Assembly: GCA_009103225.1 (NCBI GenBank)
Contig: RHPI01003256.1
Location: 8,914 to 72,913, forward strand
Direction of reading: 5' to 3'
From: Chlorokybus atmophyticus
Lineage: Eukaryota > Plantae > Mesostigma and Chlorokybus algae
Length of the DNA: 64,000 nt
This document shows, piece after piece, positions 1 to 10,500 of this stretch (positions are counted from its first letter, which is position 1; each line of letters opens with the position of its first letter). Below the pieces are notes generated by a model. That model did no database searches. It had not been told where the DNA came from and saw only the letters and a list, made by a program, of their open reading frames with translations. A program made the translations under genes and the position numbers.

Positions 1-3000
1 TGGCGGGCTTCGGTGGTGAAGTACTGGTGGCTGAGGGAGTTGGCAACGTACGAGTCCAGTGCAACGTTGGTAACACACTACGCAAAGTGTTGTTACGCAA
101 CGTCCTGCATGTTCCTAAGGCTATTGCGAGTCTATTCTCTGTGAGGGTTGCGGAGCGCTTAGGCGCGGAGATCCTATTGTGGAAGGGTGGCTGCTCAGTC
201 ATCCTCGATGGGGTCGTGCACATGGTTGGAATCGCTGATCCGGGAGGGCTCTACCACGTGTAGCAGCACTCTAAGGAAATTGACATTCAAGCCATGGTGG
301 TGAAGGACAAGGAGTCGCCAACATTGTGGCATCGAAGGTTCGGGCATCTCAGCTACGTCAACCTCACTCGCCTTGTCGCTGAGAAGATGGTCAAGGGCAT
401 CCATCTCAGCACAGAAGAACTCAAGAATGCATCAGGTGCACTTTGTGAACCATGCCTGGTTGCAAAGCAGCATGCTATGCCATTCCCATCATCCTCTTTT
501 AGCAGTCAGCATCCTTGCGAGCTTGTGCACATGGATGTCTGTGGCCCTAAGCGCATTGTGGCGAAGGGAGGGGCCAGGTACTTTGCTACATTCCTCGACG
601 ACTACAGCAAGCTGTCCATCATCTTTCCATTGACGCTCAAGTCAGAAGTTGCTGGAGCTGTGCGCACAGTTGTGGCCTTGTTGGAGACGCAGTCTGGCAA
701 CAAGATGAAGGCAATGAGGAGTGATCGAGGAGGGGAGTACATCAACAAGGAGTTGAAGGAGTTCTTCGCCAGCAAGGGCATACGCCACGAGACAACGGCA
801 CCCTACACCCCGCAGCAGAATGGAGCAGTTGAATGCCTCAACAGGACACTCTTGGAGCGTGTTCGAGCCATGCTCAACGACACAAAGATGGAAGACAGTT
901 TGTGGAAGGAGGCGGTACTCACTGCCAACTACATCCGCAACAGGTCTCTGGTGAGCTCAAAGCAAAAGACTCCGTGGGGGCACTTCTATGGAGCAACACC
1001 AGATGTGAGTGGAATGCGTGTGTTTGGATGCACGGCATATGCACTAGTGCCTAAACAGCTCATGCACAAGCTGGAGCCGGTTAGCAAGAAGGGCACCTTC
1101 GTTGGCTATGAACCGGGTTCCAAGGCTTACATGATCTTGCTCGAGGACACTCAGAAGATCATTGTGAGCAGAGAGGTGGTTTTCCACAAGGGATTATCAC
1201 AACCAGAAGCAGGCTTCTTTCCTAAAGATGAAGCACAGCCGGAGCATCCTGAAACAGTGGAGGCTACAGGCAAAGCCATTATCAACAACAAGGGTGAGCA
1301 GGACTCAGCTGTAGCAGGCCAAGAGGAGCCGTACCAACAACAGGAGCACGCAGCTCGGAGATACCCAGTGAGGGAGAGAAATGCACCTGACTTCTTACAC
1401 AAGGCACACGTCGCCAGTGTGCAGAATGAGGAGCCAAGCACCTACGAGGAGGCATTGTTAGCACCGGATGCGGAGCAATGGCAGCGTGCTATGGACGAGG
1501 AGATTACGTCACTCCCATGCCAACAACACTTGGTCACTGGAGCAGTTACCGCAAGGAGTGAAGACCATTTTAATGAGATGGGTCTTCAAGGTGAAGCGTG
1601 ATGGTCAGGGCAACATTGAGCGCTACAAGGCAAGACTGGTGGCAAAGGGCTTCTTGCAGCAGGAAGGTGTGGACTTCAAGGAAGTGTTTGCACCTGCAAG
1701 TAAGCATACCACCTTCCGTGCACTGCTAGCTGTGGTTGCTGCTGAGGACCTCAAGCTGCATCACCTCGACGTGAAGACTGCCTTCCTCTACGGAGAGCTG
1801 GAGGAGGAGATCTTCATCGAGCAACCACTTGGATATGAGGAAGGGGAGAGAGGCACAGCGTGCAAGCTGATCAAAGCACTGTACGGGCTGCGACAGGCAC
1901 CGCGTATGTGGCACATCAAGCTCACCAAGGAGCTGGAGGCACTTGGCTTCACCGCATCCTCTGCAGACCCTGGGCTCTTTATCCATGCAGACAACAAGGT
2001 TTGGCTGCTCGTGTATGTTGATGATATCATCATCACCGCCAGGCAAGTGCACCATCTGCAGGAGACGAAACTTGCTCTACAGCAAGCATTCTCAGTCCGT
2101 GATCTTGGAGAGGCCAAGTGGTTCCTTGGCATGGTGATTGAGCGCGCCAGGGCTGCTCGCATCATCAAGATCGGTCAGAAGCAGATGGTGAGCACTCGTC
2201 ACCAAGTTTGGGCTCATTGAAGCGAAGACCAAGACCACACCGTTGGCACTTGGCACTGCCCTCATCAAGGCGATGGATGAGGATGTACTTGACAAGGCTC
2301 TGTATCCATATGGTGAGCTGGTAGGCAGCATGCTCTATCTGGCAGTGTGCACACGTCCCGATGTTGCACATTCTGTGGGAGTATTTGCTCGCTACATGTC
2401 TGCACCGAGCATGGAGCACTGGAGAGCAGCAAAGGGAGTACTACGCTATGTTGCTGGGAGCGCAACAGTTGGCATCAAGTTTGGGAGCGGGAGCACTGAG
2501 TTGGAGGGCTACTGCGACTCGGACTTTGCTGGTGACCTCAACAGCAGGAGGTCCACTACAGGCTACGTCTTCAAGCTGAACGGAGGCGTGGTGAGCTGGA
2601 ACAGCAGGCTGCAGCCAACAACAGCAGCATCTACATCAGAGGCTGAGTACATGGCAGCAGCAGTGAAGGAGGCACTCTGGCTTCGCAAGCTCATGGCAGA
2701 CTTAGAGCACCCCATGGCGTGCATCGTCATCAATTGTGACAACCAAGGAGCTATCAAGTTGTTGAAGCACCCTATCGCCTCATCAAGGACGAAGCACATT
2801 GATGTCATGCATCACTTTGTGCATGACCGAGTCATAAGGAAGGAGGTGGAGTTCCAGTACTGCAACACTAAGGGCATGCTGGCGGACTTCGTGACAAAGC
2901 CATTGTCACCGCTCAAGTTCAAGACTTGTTGCGCAGGACTTGGCATCTGTGTTTGACTACAGGAGCAAGCGTTGGAGGTCAAGCTGCTCGCGTGGGAGTG

Positions 3001-3410
3001 TTGAGAGTCATTCCTACATACGATCAGCATCGACCCTCCACACAGGAGTAGAAGGTCGTAAGGATGAGCACTAGGTCCGGACTTAGCAAGATGGAGTCTT
3101 CGCACCAGACTCCGGACTCCAGACTGGAGTCTTACTAACTGCTTTGTATCTCCGCGTATACCTACTCATAATAGGCGTGTGACAGCTTGTTGGAAAGCTC
3201 TGATTTTAAAAAAGACAACGCAGCTTAGAGCGCGTAAAAAGGCTAAGTATAGCTTACGCAGTGCTTGCAAACGTAGACGTGTGTGGAAGAACTAGCGGAC
3301 AACTTGTAATAGATGAATGTGATGTGACTTGTGTATGCTCTGGTGGCGGTAGCTCTGTCTCTGTGTGTCTATGCTTGCCTCAACTACATGTGCATGCTAG
3401 TCCTTCAACA
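1..3410 (+). mobile_element. Ty1/Copia LTR retrotransposon, family A copy 1 (5' end outside window): protease end, GAG-pre-integrase, integrase, RT, RNase H, 3' LTR
   Basis: ORFs 294-1601 (LWHRRFGH, C-x2-C, rve core HMDVCGP/RSDRGGEY/PQQNGAVE), 1468-2220 (RT: YKARLVAKGF, LDVKTAFL, LLVYVDD) and 2243-2956 (RNase H: GYCDSD, EAEYMA, CDNQGA, KHID) in Copia order. Frameshifts at about 1515 and 2190. Purine-rich GCGTGGGAG precedes the LTR. Confidence 0.97.
2999..3410 (+). repeat. 3' LTR of Copia family A copy 1
   Basis: TGTTGA...TCAACA termini; reverse complement of the LTRs at 9507-9930 and 14009-14432. Confidence 0.95.
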
Positions 3411-5163
3411 ACTTCTGTCCATCACCGGACTTGCCAGATGCACTGCCAGCAAGTCGCAATTAGGGAACCATTTGTGACAACAGCAAGCATCAACAATACA
3501 CGATCGCTTGCAGCATCGTACGTTCACATGCTCTGCCAGGCTATGGCCAGAGGTAAAGACAACTGCTGCCAGTCCATGGCCAGCAGCAACATAAGGACCA
3601 GTAAGCGTGCACGTACCGCACGTGCTCAAGTCATCAATGGTCTTCTGTAGACCACAACACTGCATGCGCGCAAACACATGCGCCGCGCGCAACAACTAGC
3701 AACAGCAACAACAAGCAAGGAGCTAAACTCACCTGTTGTGTGACGCCGCGTCTCCCGCCCTGTATGAGATCTCCTGGTACACCTCCTGCAGCGGAACAAG
3801 CAAAGCAAACTCGTCCTCTGTGGGTGTGACGGTAGCTTGGCCCAACAGACCTGTAGCCTGCACCTGGTAGTGCTCAGCCCACTTGGGGCCATGATCATGA
3901 TAGATGGCGGTCTCGTACTCTATCAGAGTCAAGACAGACATTAAAAAAGCCTCAGAAAACAACCCAAAAGCGACGATCTCGAGCAGCTTGTGCTCGCGTG
4001 CTAGGAGCCTGGAGTCGCGATCGAGCTTGTTCCACAATGCCCACTGCACCGTGGCTGTGGTGAGCTTGCGCAAGGTGCCATCGGCTGCACGAAGCTCACA
4101 GTTAGTACACTGACAGCAACGCATTTAAAGAATGCCAACACGTGCAAGATGTGCACCTAACTTGAACATCGAATGACATGGTCAACCTGGATGACGCTCA
4201 CACCAGCGCATACAGCAACACAGTGGTTGTTCAACCACGTCAAGCAAGCACAGACACACAACATGCAGAATGCGCACAACTTGTGCTTGAAGCACTGTAG
4301 CAATATGTGCGAACGCGCGCACACGACTGTTGACAGCATGCAAAGCTTACAGCTGCAATCATGCCAACTGCATTATGCTTGAAGCACTGTAGCAGTATGT
4401 ACGAACGCGCGCACATGTTTGTTGACAGCATGCAAAGCTTACAGCTGCAATCATGCCAACTGCATTCACAAGCCTGCATCAGGTGAGAATGATGACAAGC
4501 AATGGACAAGCTAAAGAAAGCTCAAACCAGAAACAAGGGCGCCATGAGCCTCTCTGGGGGCGAGGAAAGAAGGCAGAGGATGCACTTCCACCTCAGGGGG
4601 CCTTCTTGCGCTTTATAAAGCGCGGCGGTGTGTTGCCACCAGCGAGGGCAGGTTGTGCACGAGATGATGGAGAAGCTTGCGGAAGCAGGAGAGTACCAGC
4701 AGGTGTGGACTGGGAGAGCGCAACGCCCGATGCAGTCACATGCACATATGCTATCGAGTGCGACATCACACAACTCGTCCCCAAAAGCCACCACAAAGAT
4801 AGGAGGATGCTCTTGCACAACCTCTATCACTACCCCACGCACCCACGCTCTCTGCTCCTGCACCCAGCACTCTACCACCTAGTCTACGAGCCACTCACAG
4901 CCTCTCTCACTGGCATATCTACGTAGCAAGTGCCTGGCACTGTCTTTGCCCACAGGAATGGCAGGTGTTGCTTGTTTCAGTTGTGTTGTCTGCGCCGTAG
5001 CAGCAAGTGTGGTGGCAGCAGCATCAGCTTGCTTGGCTCCGGCTGCTGTGGTGCCTGGTGGAGCTGCTGTTGCTGCTTGCATGGTATGTGTCGTTGTCGT
5101 TGCCGCCTCCACCGGTGTTGATGGCGTAAGGGATGCTTGACCACCGTCCCCCTCACCAGCCAT
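3411..5163 (-). pseudogene. Decayed gene with Tudor/Agenet-like and PHD-finger-like domains, cut at its 3' side by the Copia LTR
   Basis: Minus frame reads WLVD*VVECWVQEQRAWVRGVVIEVV...FVVAFGD (Tudor-like), then CACDC...IISCTTCPRWWQH...WKCILC (PHD-like). One in-frame TAG. Further unassigned coding-like sequence at 3411-4124. Confidence 0.5.
4284..4466. repeat. Tandem duplication, 2 x 92 bp
   Basis: TGCTTGAAGCACTGTAGC...GCCAACTGCATT starts at 4284 and again at 4376 with few mismatches. Confidence 0.9.
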
Positions 5164-5301
5164 GGTCTAGTAAAGTACCTAATGGTGACAAGCTAAAAAG
5201 CGCCGCCGCCGTCGCCGCTAGCGAAGACAACAAAGACAAGAAGAACAACTGCGAAAGCTGCTCAGCGTCGTAAGTAGCGGTATGCTATGGCTGCTTACGG
5301 G

Positions 5302-5336
5302 CGCTGCGAACGTCAGCACCGCTGACGTTCGCAGCG
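5302..5336. repeat. Perfect 16-bp inverted repeat (hairpin, 3-nt loop)
   Basis: CGCTGCGAACGTCAGC-ACC-GCTGACGTTCGCAGCG. Confidence 0.95.
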
Positions 5337-5559
5337 GTCAGTTTAGTTAATGTAAATGTCCTCTGCCATGCGGCAGTGGACGCGCGAGCGGTCAGCTAAT
5401 CAACCGGCCGCTCGAGTATCTGACAGAAAAATGAACCATTGTTGGCTTTCGCGGTCATACGCCAGGTTTCGACCCTGGTTCGCGGCTTCCACCGCCCGCT
5501 ATTGCCCCCTGATGTGGACGTCCGCGCCATACATGGTTATATAAAGTTTTCCGCGTGTG

Positions 5560-6850
5560 CTTGCAGTGGAAACAAGTCTTCTTCTTCTTCTGTCCCTTGC
5601 TACCACCATTATTGCCACCATTGTTGCTGTTGCTGGAGTTGCCTTTAATGCTGCTTGCATCTCCACTGGTCCTCCACCTTGCTGAATAGGCACTTGCATC
5701 TCCATCAGCATCGTTGTTTCTGATTGCAGACTCTGTCTTCATCAGCACAGGCAGAATCTCACTCAGTTTCAACCTTGATGATGCACTCATTCTTTTCCAG
5801 CATGCATGTGGTCATCATATGATGACCACAACTTCATACTCTCTAGGCAGCCCGGACAGCACATTCAGACACAAATCATCCTCTAAGACGGTCTCTCCTA
5901 TAGAGGTCAATTCATTCCTGAGCTGTTGTGCACGTCATATACACGTTGTAATTGTCTCTGAACTCAGCTTCCTCATGCTGTTGAATGCTTGCTTGAATTC
6001 AATGTTACTACCAACAGAGCGTGTAGCAAACAGATTTTCCAAAGCTTCCCATGCTGCCTTGGCATCAGAACATGACTGCAGCATTGGCCTACGGAACGGC
6101 TCAACATGCATGCACATCAAAGCCAAAGCACGCATACTCTTCTTCTGCCAGGCAGACTCATTCCCAACTGGTAACGCTGTGCTGATACCTCTAGCTTTGG
6201 GTCAACGTAGTCCCGGAACTCCTGCTATATAAGCTTCATCTTCATCTGGAAGCTCCAGCTGGCATAGTTGACATCTCCCAAGGGCTTGATGGTATACTTC
6301 TCCTTCTTTGCATCCGTTGTTGTTGCCATTAGATCCACCAAGCTGCTCAACCTTCAGCAAACTTCCAAGCCGAAAGTTCCAGCAGACGTCTCCGCTCGTT
6401 CGCAGGCTATCAGAACAGCTACTCCAACTCCAGCAACGTACCCACAACTTCTAACACAGAGGACAAACCACTCTTAAAGCTACACACAGCTCTAGCATGG
6501 GTATGGGCCCATAACCTGTTGACTGGAGCTATTGCATGCAATCATGCACAGCATACAACATACACACGCAATGGTTGAGCTTGTACTGTGTAGCACCGCT
6601 AGAGAACTGACTCGAGAGTAGACTGTACTGAAAGGACGCGGGCTGCGTTGGCTCTGGGCCCCAACTCGGGTCTTACCAGAAAGACCAGCCCGGACTGTAC
6701 CAGTCCTAACTCCCTGCAGCCCATACACAACTGCAGTATAGAGTAGCTTAACTAATGACATTAGATAAGCTACTCAGAGTCCTAATAGACAAGCTGATTG
6801 CATACGAGTCATGAGTCATAAACCATACATAACATGATCTATTCTCAACA
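5560..6850 (-). mobile_element. Copia family B, 5' LTR + PBS + degenerate gag; truncated or interrupted inside the zinc knuckle
   Basis: LTR 6517-6850 with TGTTGA/TCAACA ends. PBS GGTTATGGGCCC at 6505-6516. gag from ATG 6329 (NYASWSFQMKMKL, UBN2-like AAWEALENLF...LKQAFNSMRK, LNVLSGLPREY) ends at CFHCK near 5560. Confidence 0.85.
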
Positions 6851-7325
6851 TTCCATACTCTCGTAGCAACCCAGACAACACATTTAAGCACAGGTCATCC
6901 TCTGAGACTGAATCTCCTATAAAGGTCAAATCATTCCTAAGCTTCTGTACACGTCCCAAATACTCTGCGATTGTCTCACTAGCAAGCTTCCTCATGTTGT
7001 TGAATGCTTGCTTGAGCTCAATCTTACGACCAACAGAGCATGTGGAGAACATATTTTCCAAAGCTTCCAATGCATGCTTGACATCAGATTGCAAATGTAG
7101 CAGTGGCCTATGAAAGGGCTCAACATGCATACTCATCAAAGCCAAAGCACGCATACTATTCCGCATCCATGCAGACTCGTTAGCAATTGGCGCACTCCCC
7201 TTTCAATGTAGTCCCAGCTCTTTGTAGATGAGCTTCATCTTCATCTCAAAGCTCCAACTGGCGTAGTTGTCATCTCGCAAAGGTTTGATGCTGAACTTCT
7301 CCTTCTCTGATCCAGTGGTTGCCAT
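6851..7325 (-). mobile_element. gag fragment of an older family-B-like Copia, interrupted by the family B LTR
   Basis: MATTGSEKEKFSIKPLRDDNYASWSFEMKMKL and LKQAFNNMRKLASETIAEYL...LNVLSGLLREY, homologous to 5800-6329. The frame runs into the LTR end at 6850. Confidence 0.8.
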
Positions 7326-7503
7326 CCTGCTGTCTCCTGCTGGCCGATGTCGTGCCATATCTCGTCGGTGCTCGAGGATGTCGTCCACAAGCTCGTCATG
7401 GCCTCATAATGCTGCACCTTCTCCATCTTCACATGTTGTAGCTTCCTCCATGCATGTATGCTAGCTCGGGATCCTTCCGAAGCTGCCCCACTAGTGCACA
7501 TAC

Positions 7504-10500
7504 TCATACACCACCATGTGCAGTCAACTGAATCTGTACGGGCTCCAATGTCACTGCAAACACGGCCTCAACCCCTCCTCCAGCTGTCTTGAGATGCCAC
7601 GGACATGGCCCCCAATCCTTCGGCTGCAACCCCATGCGCGCCGCCACTCTCGCGCCAAGTATCACCGGTTGCGCACATGTATCCACGAGCACGCGCTCCG
7701 GTGTGTACCCGTTCAGCTGCACATGACCATGCTTGTTGTCCACCGTCGCAACAACATGAAGCCTCTCAACCGGCCTCAACAATGCCGCCGACAAGTTCAG
7801 CTGCAACGGCTCTTCCATCACCTCCGTGTGCATGCCGTTCGCTACCTCCATAATAGGCACATCCACCTCCAGCTCTTGCTCACCATCCGTCACTGCATTG
7901 AGCTCCTTTTCTTCACATATGACTGCCTCAAACTCCTCCTCACTCTTCACATCTGCCTCGCAATCCAAAGTGGCTTGCGTAGCTGCGTCGGCTGTCGCGG
8001 GCTTCAACATCTGCCTCAACACACACTCCAAACGCTTCAAAGTGCAGCCGACATCCTTCAGCGTTAACATGGGCTGATGGAGAAGCGTTCCCGCCAGCTC
8101 ATGGACTGCACTTGCATCCGCATGCGCCGCCGTTGGCACCTTCATGACGCGCACATGCCGGGCTGACTTGCGCACTCGCCGTCTCCAACAAACATGCCAA
8201 ACCCTTAATGGACTGCATCTTGCCCTCATCCACATCGTTGTTCACATCAATACGCATGCCTTCATGCTGCTCCACACTCACAAACCTCCTCACCAAAGGC
8301 AATGTCAACGCCGTCCCCGCCGACACCTCCGTAGCTGGCGCAGGTGCATATGCATGGCCTCCCGCCGTCGCCGTCACATGTGCCAATGTCGTGCGTAGAC
8401 GCGCACCAGCTGGTGCAAACACTTCCTCATGACCCCCAGCAACTTTACAAACCTCCGAGGCTGCAACGCGGACTCCCTTGCCTCGCATGTAGGGCGATAC
8501 CGACGCTGTAGGTGCTGGTGCAGCGCGCGCAGTCCCCGTAGCTGCCGTAGCCGTCATCTGGCTGCACAACGCCGCGCTATATGCCAAGTACGCGTACGCA
8601 CCTCCATCCTCATCATCCTTCTCCTGTCGGACACCCTTTTGCTTGCCTTCCGGCTGCGTGCGCAGCCCCGCTAGCGCCGCCTTCAACTCCGCCACCTCGG
8701 CAACGAGCGCGGACACCTCGCTTGCACGCGCCAGCTCCGCATGGCTTTGTGAGCTTCCCGCCTGAGCTGAATGTGCTTGCTTGGTCACCATCTTGCCACT
8801 CAGCACCTCCGCGCGCAAGTGTGGATGCTTGCTCCAACACGTATTGTCATCGTGGCCCATCTTCCCACAATACGAACACGCAAGGCCTTGCCTCTTTGGA
8901 CAGTACTTTGCTATGTGTCCGGCCTCTCCACACCTCCAACACACTCCCGTTTGCTGCTCCTCATGCCGTGCACTCATGGGAACACCGTTTGCAACCATCA
9001 CACTCCTCACCGGGGCTGATTTGATGACTGTAGCTTGCCCTCCATCGCGCCGACCAGCATCGGTGCGCTTGGTAGCTCCCGACAGCTGCGTCGCCATGCC
9101 CTCGGCCATTGAACCAATGCTCTTCTCGTATTCTTGCTGCCATTGGGCTTTCTCGGCTGCAATGAAGACGTCTCGAAGCGTGTAGCTCGCACCTTGATGT
9201 GCTCCTCTCAACACGGTTTGCACCGCCTCCCTCAAGCCATCCTCCAACGCACGCAAGTACAACACCGCGGCCATCTTGTTGGACACAACCTCATGCTCCG
9301 TGTCCTCCAACAACTTCACCATCCTCGTGTACATCATGCGTGGGTCTCACCATCCTTGCGCTTGAAGTACATCAGCTCCATCATCTTTGCCGGCGTTGAT
9401 TGCGGATACGTCGACGTTAACACCACCATGAACTCCTTCACGGGCTGCACCTTCGCCCACTCCTTCTCAAACTCAGCTCCATGATCAGCTGTACACACCT
9501 CTTCTCTGTTGAAGGACTAGCATGCACATGTAGCTGAGGCAAGCATGGATACACACGGACAGAGCTACCATCACCAGAGCATACACAAGTCACATCACAT
9601 TCATCTATTACAAGTTGTCCGCTGGTTCTTATACCAGCCGATTACACACACGTCTACGTTTGCAAGCACTGCGTAAGCTATACTCAGCCTTTTTACGCGC
9701 TATAAGCTGCGTTGTCTTCCTTACAACTAGAGCTTTCCAACAAGCTCTTACACGCCTAATATGAGTAAGTATACGCGGAGATACGAAGCAGTTAGTAAGG
9801 CTCCAGTCTGGAGTCCGGAGTCTGGTCCGACGATGCCATCTTGCTAAGTCCGGACCTAGTGCTCGTCCTTACGACCTTCTACTCCTGTGTGGAGGGTCGA
9901 TGCTGATTGTATGTAGGAATACTTTCAACACTCCCACGCGAGCAGCTTGACCTCCAACGCTTGCTCCTGTAGTCAAACACAGATGCCAAGTCCTGCGCAA
10001 CAAGTCTTGAACTTGAGCAGTGACAATGGCTTTGTCATGAAGTCCGCCAGCATGCCCTCGGTGTTGCAATACTGGAACTCCACCTCCTTCCTTGTGACTC
10101 TGTCACGCACAATGGGATGCATGACATCAATGTGCTTCGTCTTTGCTGAGGCAATAGGGTGCTTCAACAACTTGATGGCTCTTTGGTTGTCACAGTTGAT
10201 GACGATGCACGCCATGGGGTGCTCCAAGTCTGCCATGAGCTTGCGAAGCCAGAGTGCCTCCTTCACTGCTGCTGCCGCTGCCATGTACTCAGCCTCTGAT
10301 GTAGATGCTGCTGTTGTTGGCTGCAGCCTGCTGTTCCAGCGCACCACGCCTCCGTTCAGCTTGAAGACATATCCTGTAGTGGACCTCCTGCTGTTGAGGT
10401 CACCAGCAAAGTCCGAGTCGCAGTAGCCCTCCAACTCAGTGCTCCCGCTCCCAAACTTGATGCCAACTGTTGCGCTCCCAGCAACATAGCGTAGTACTCC

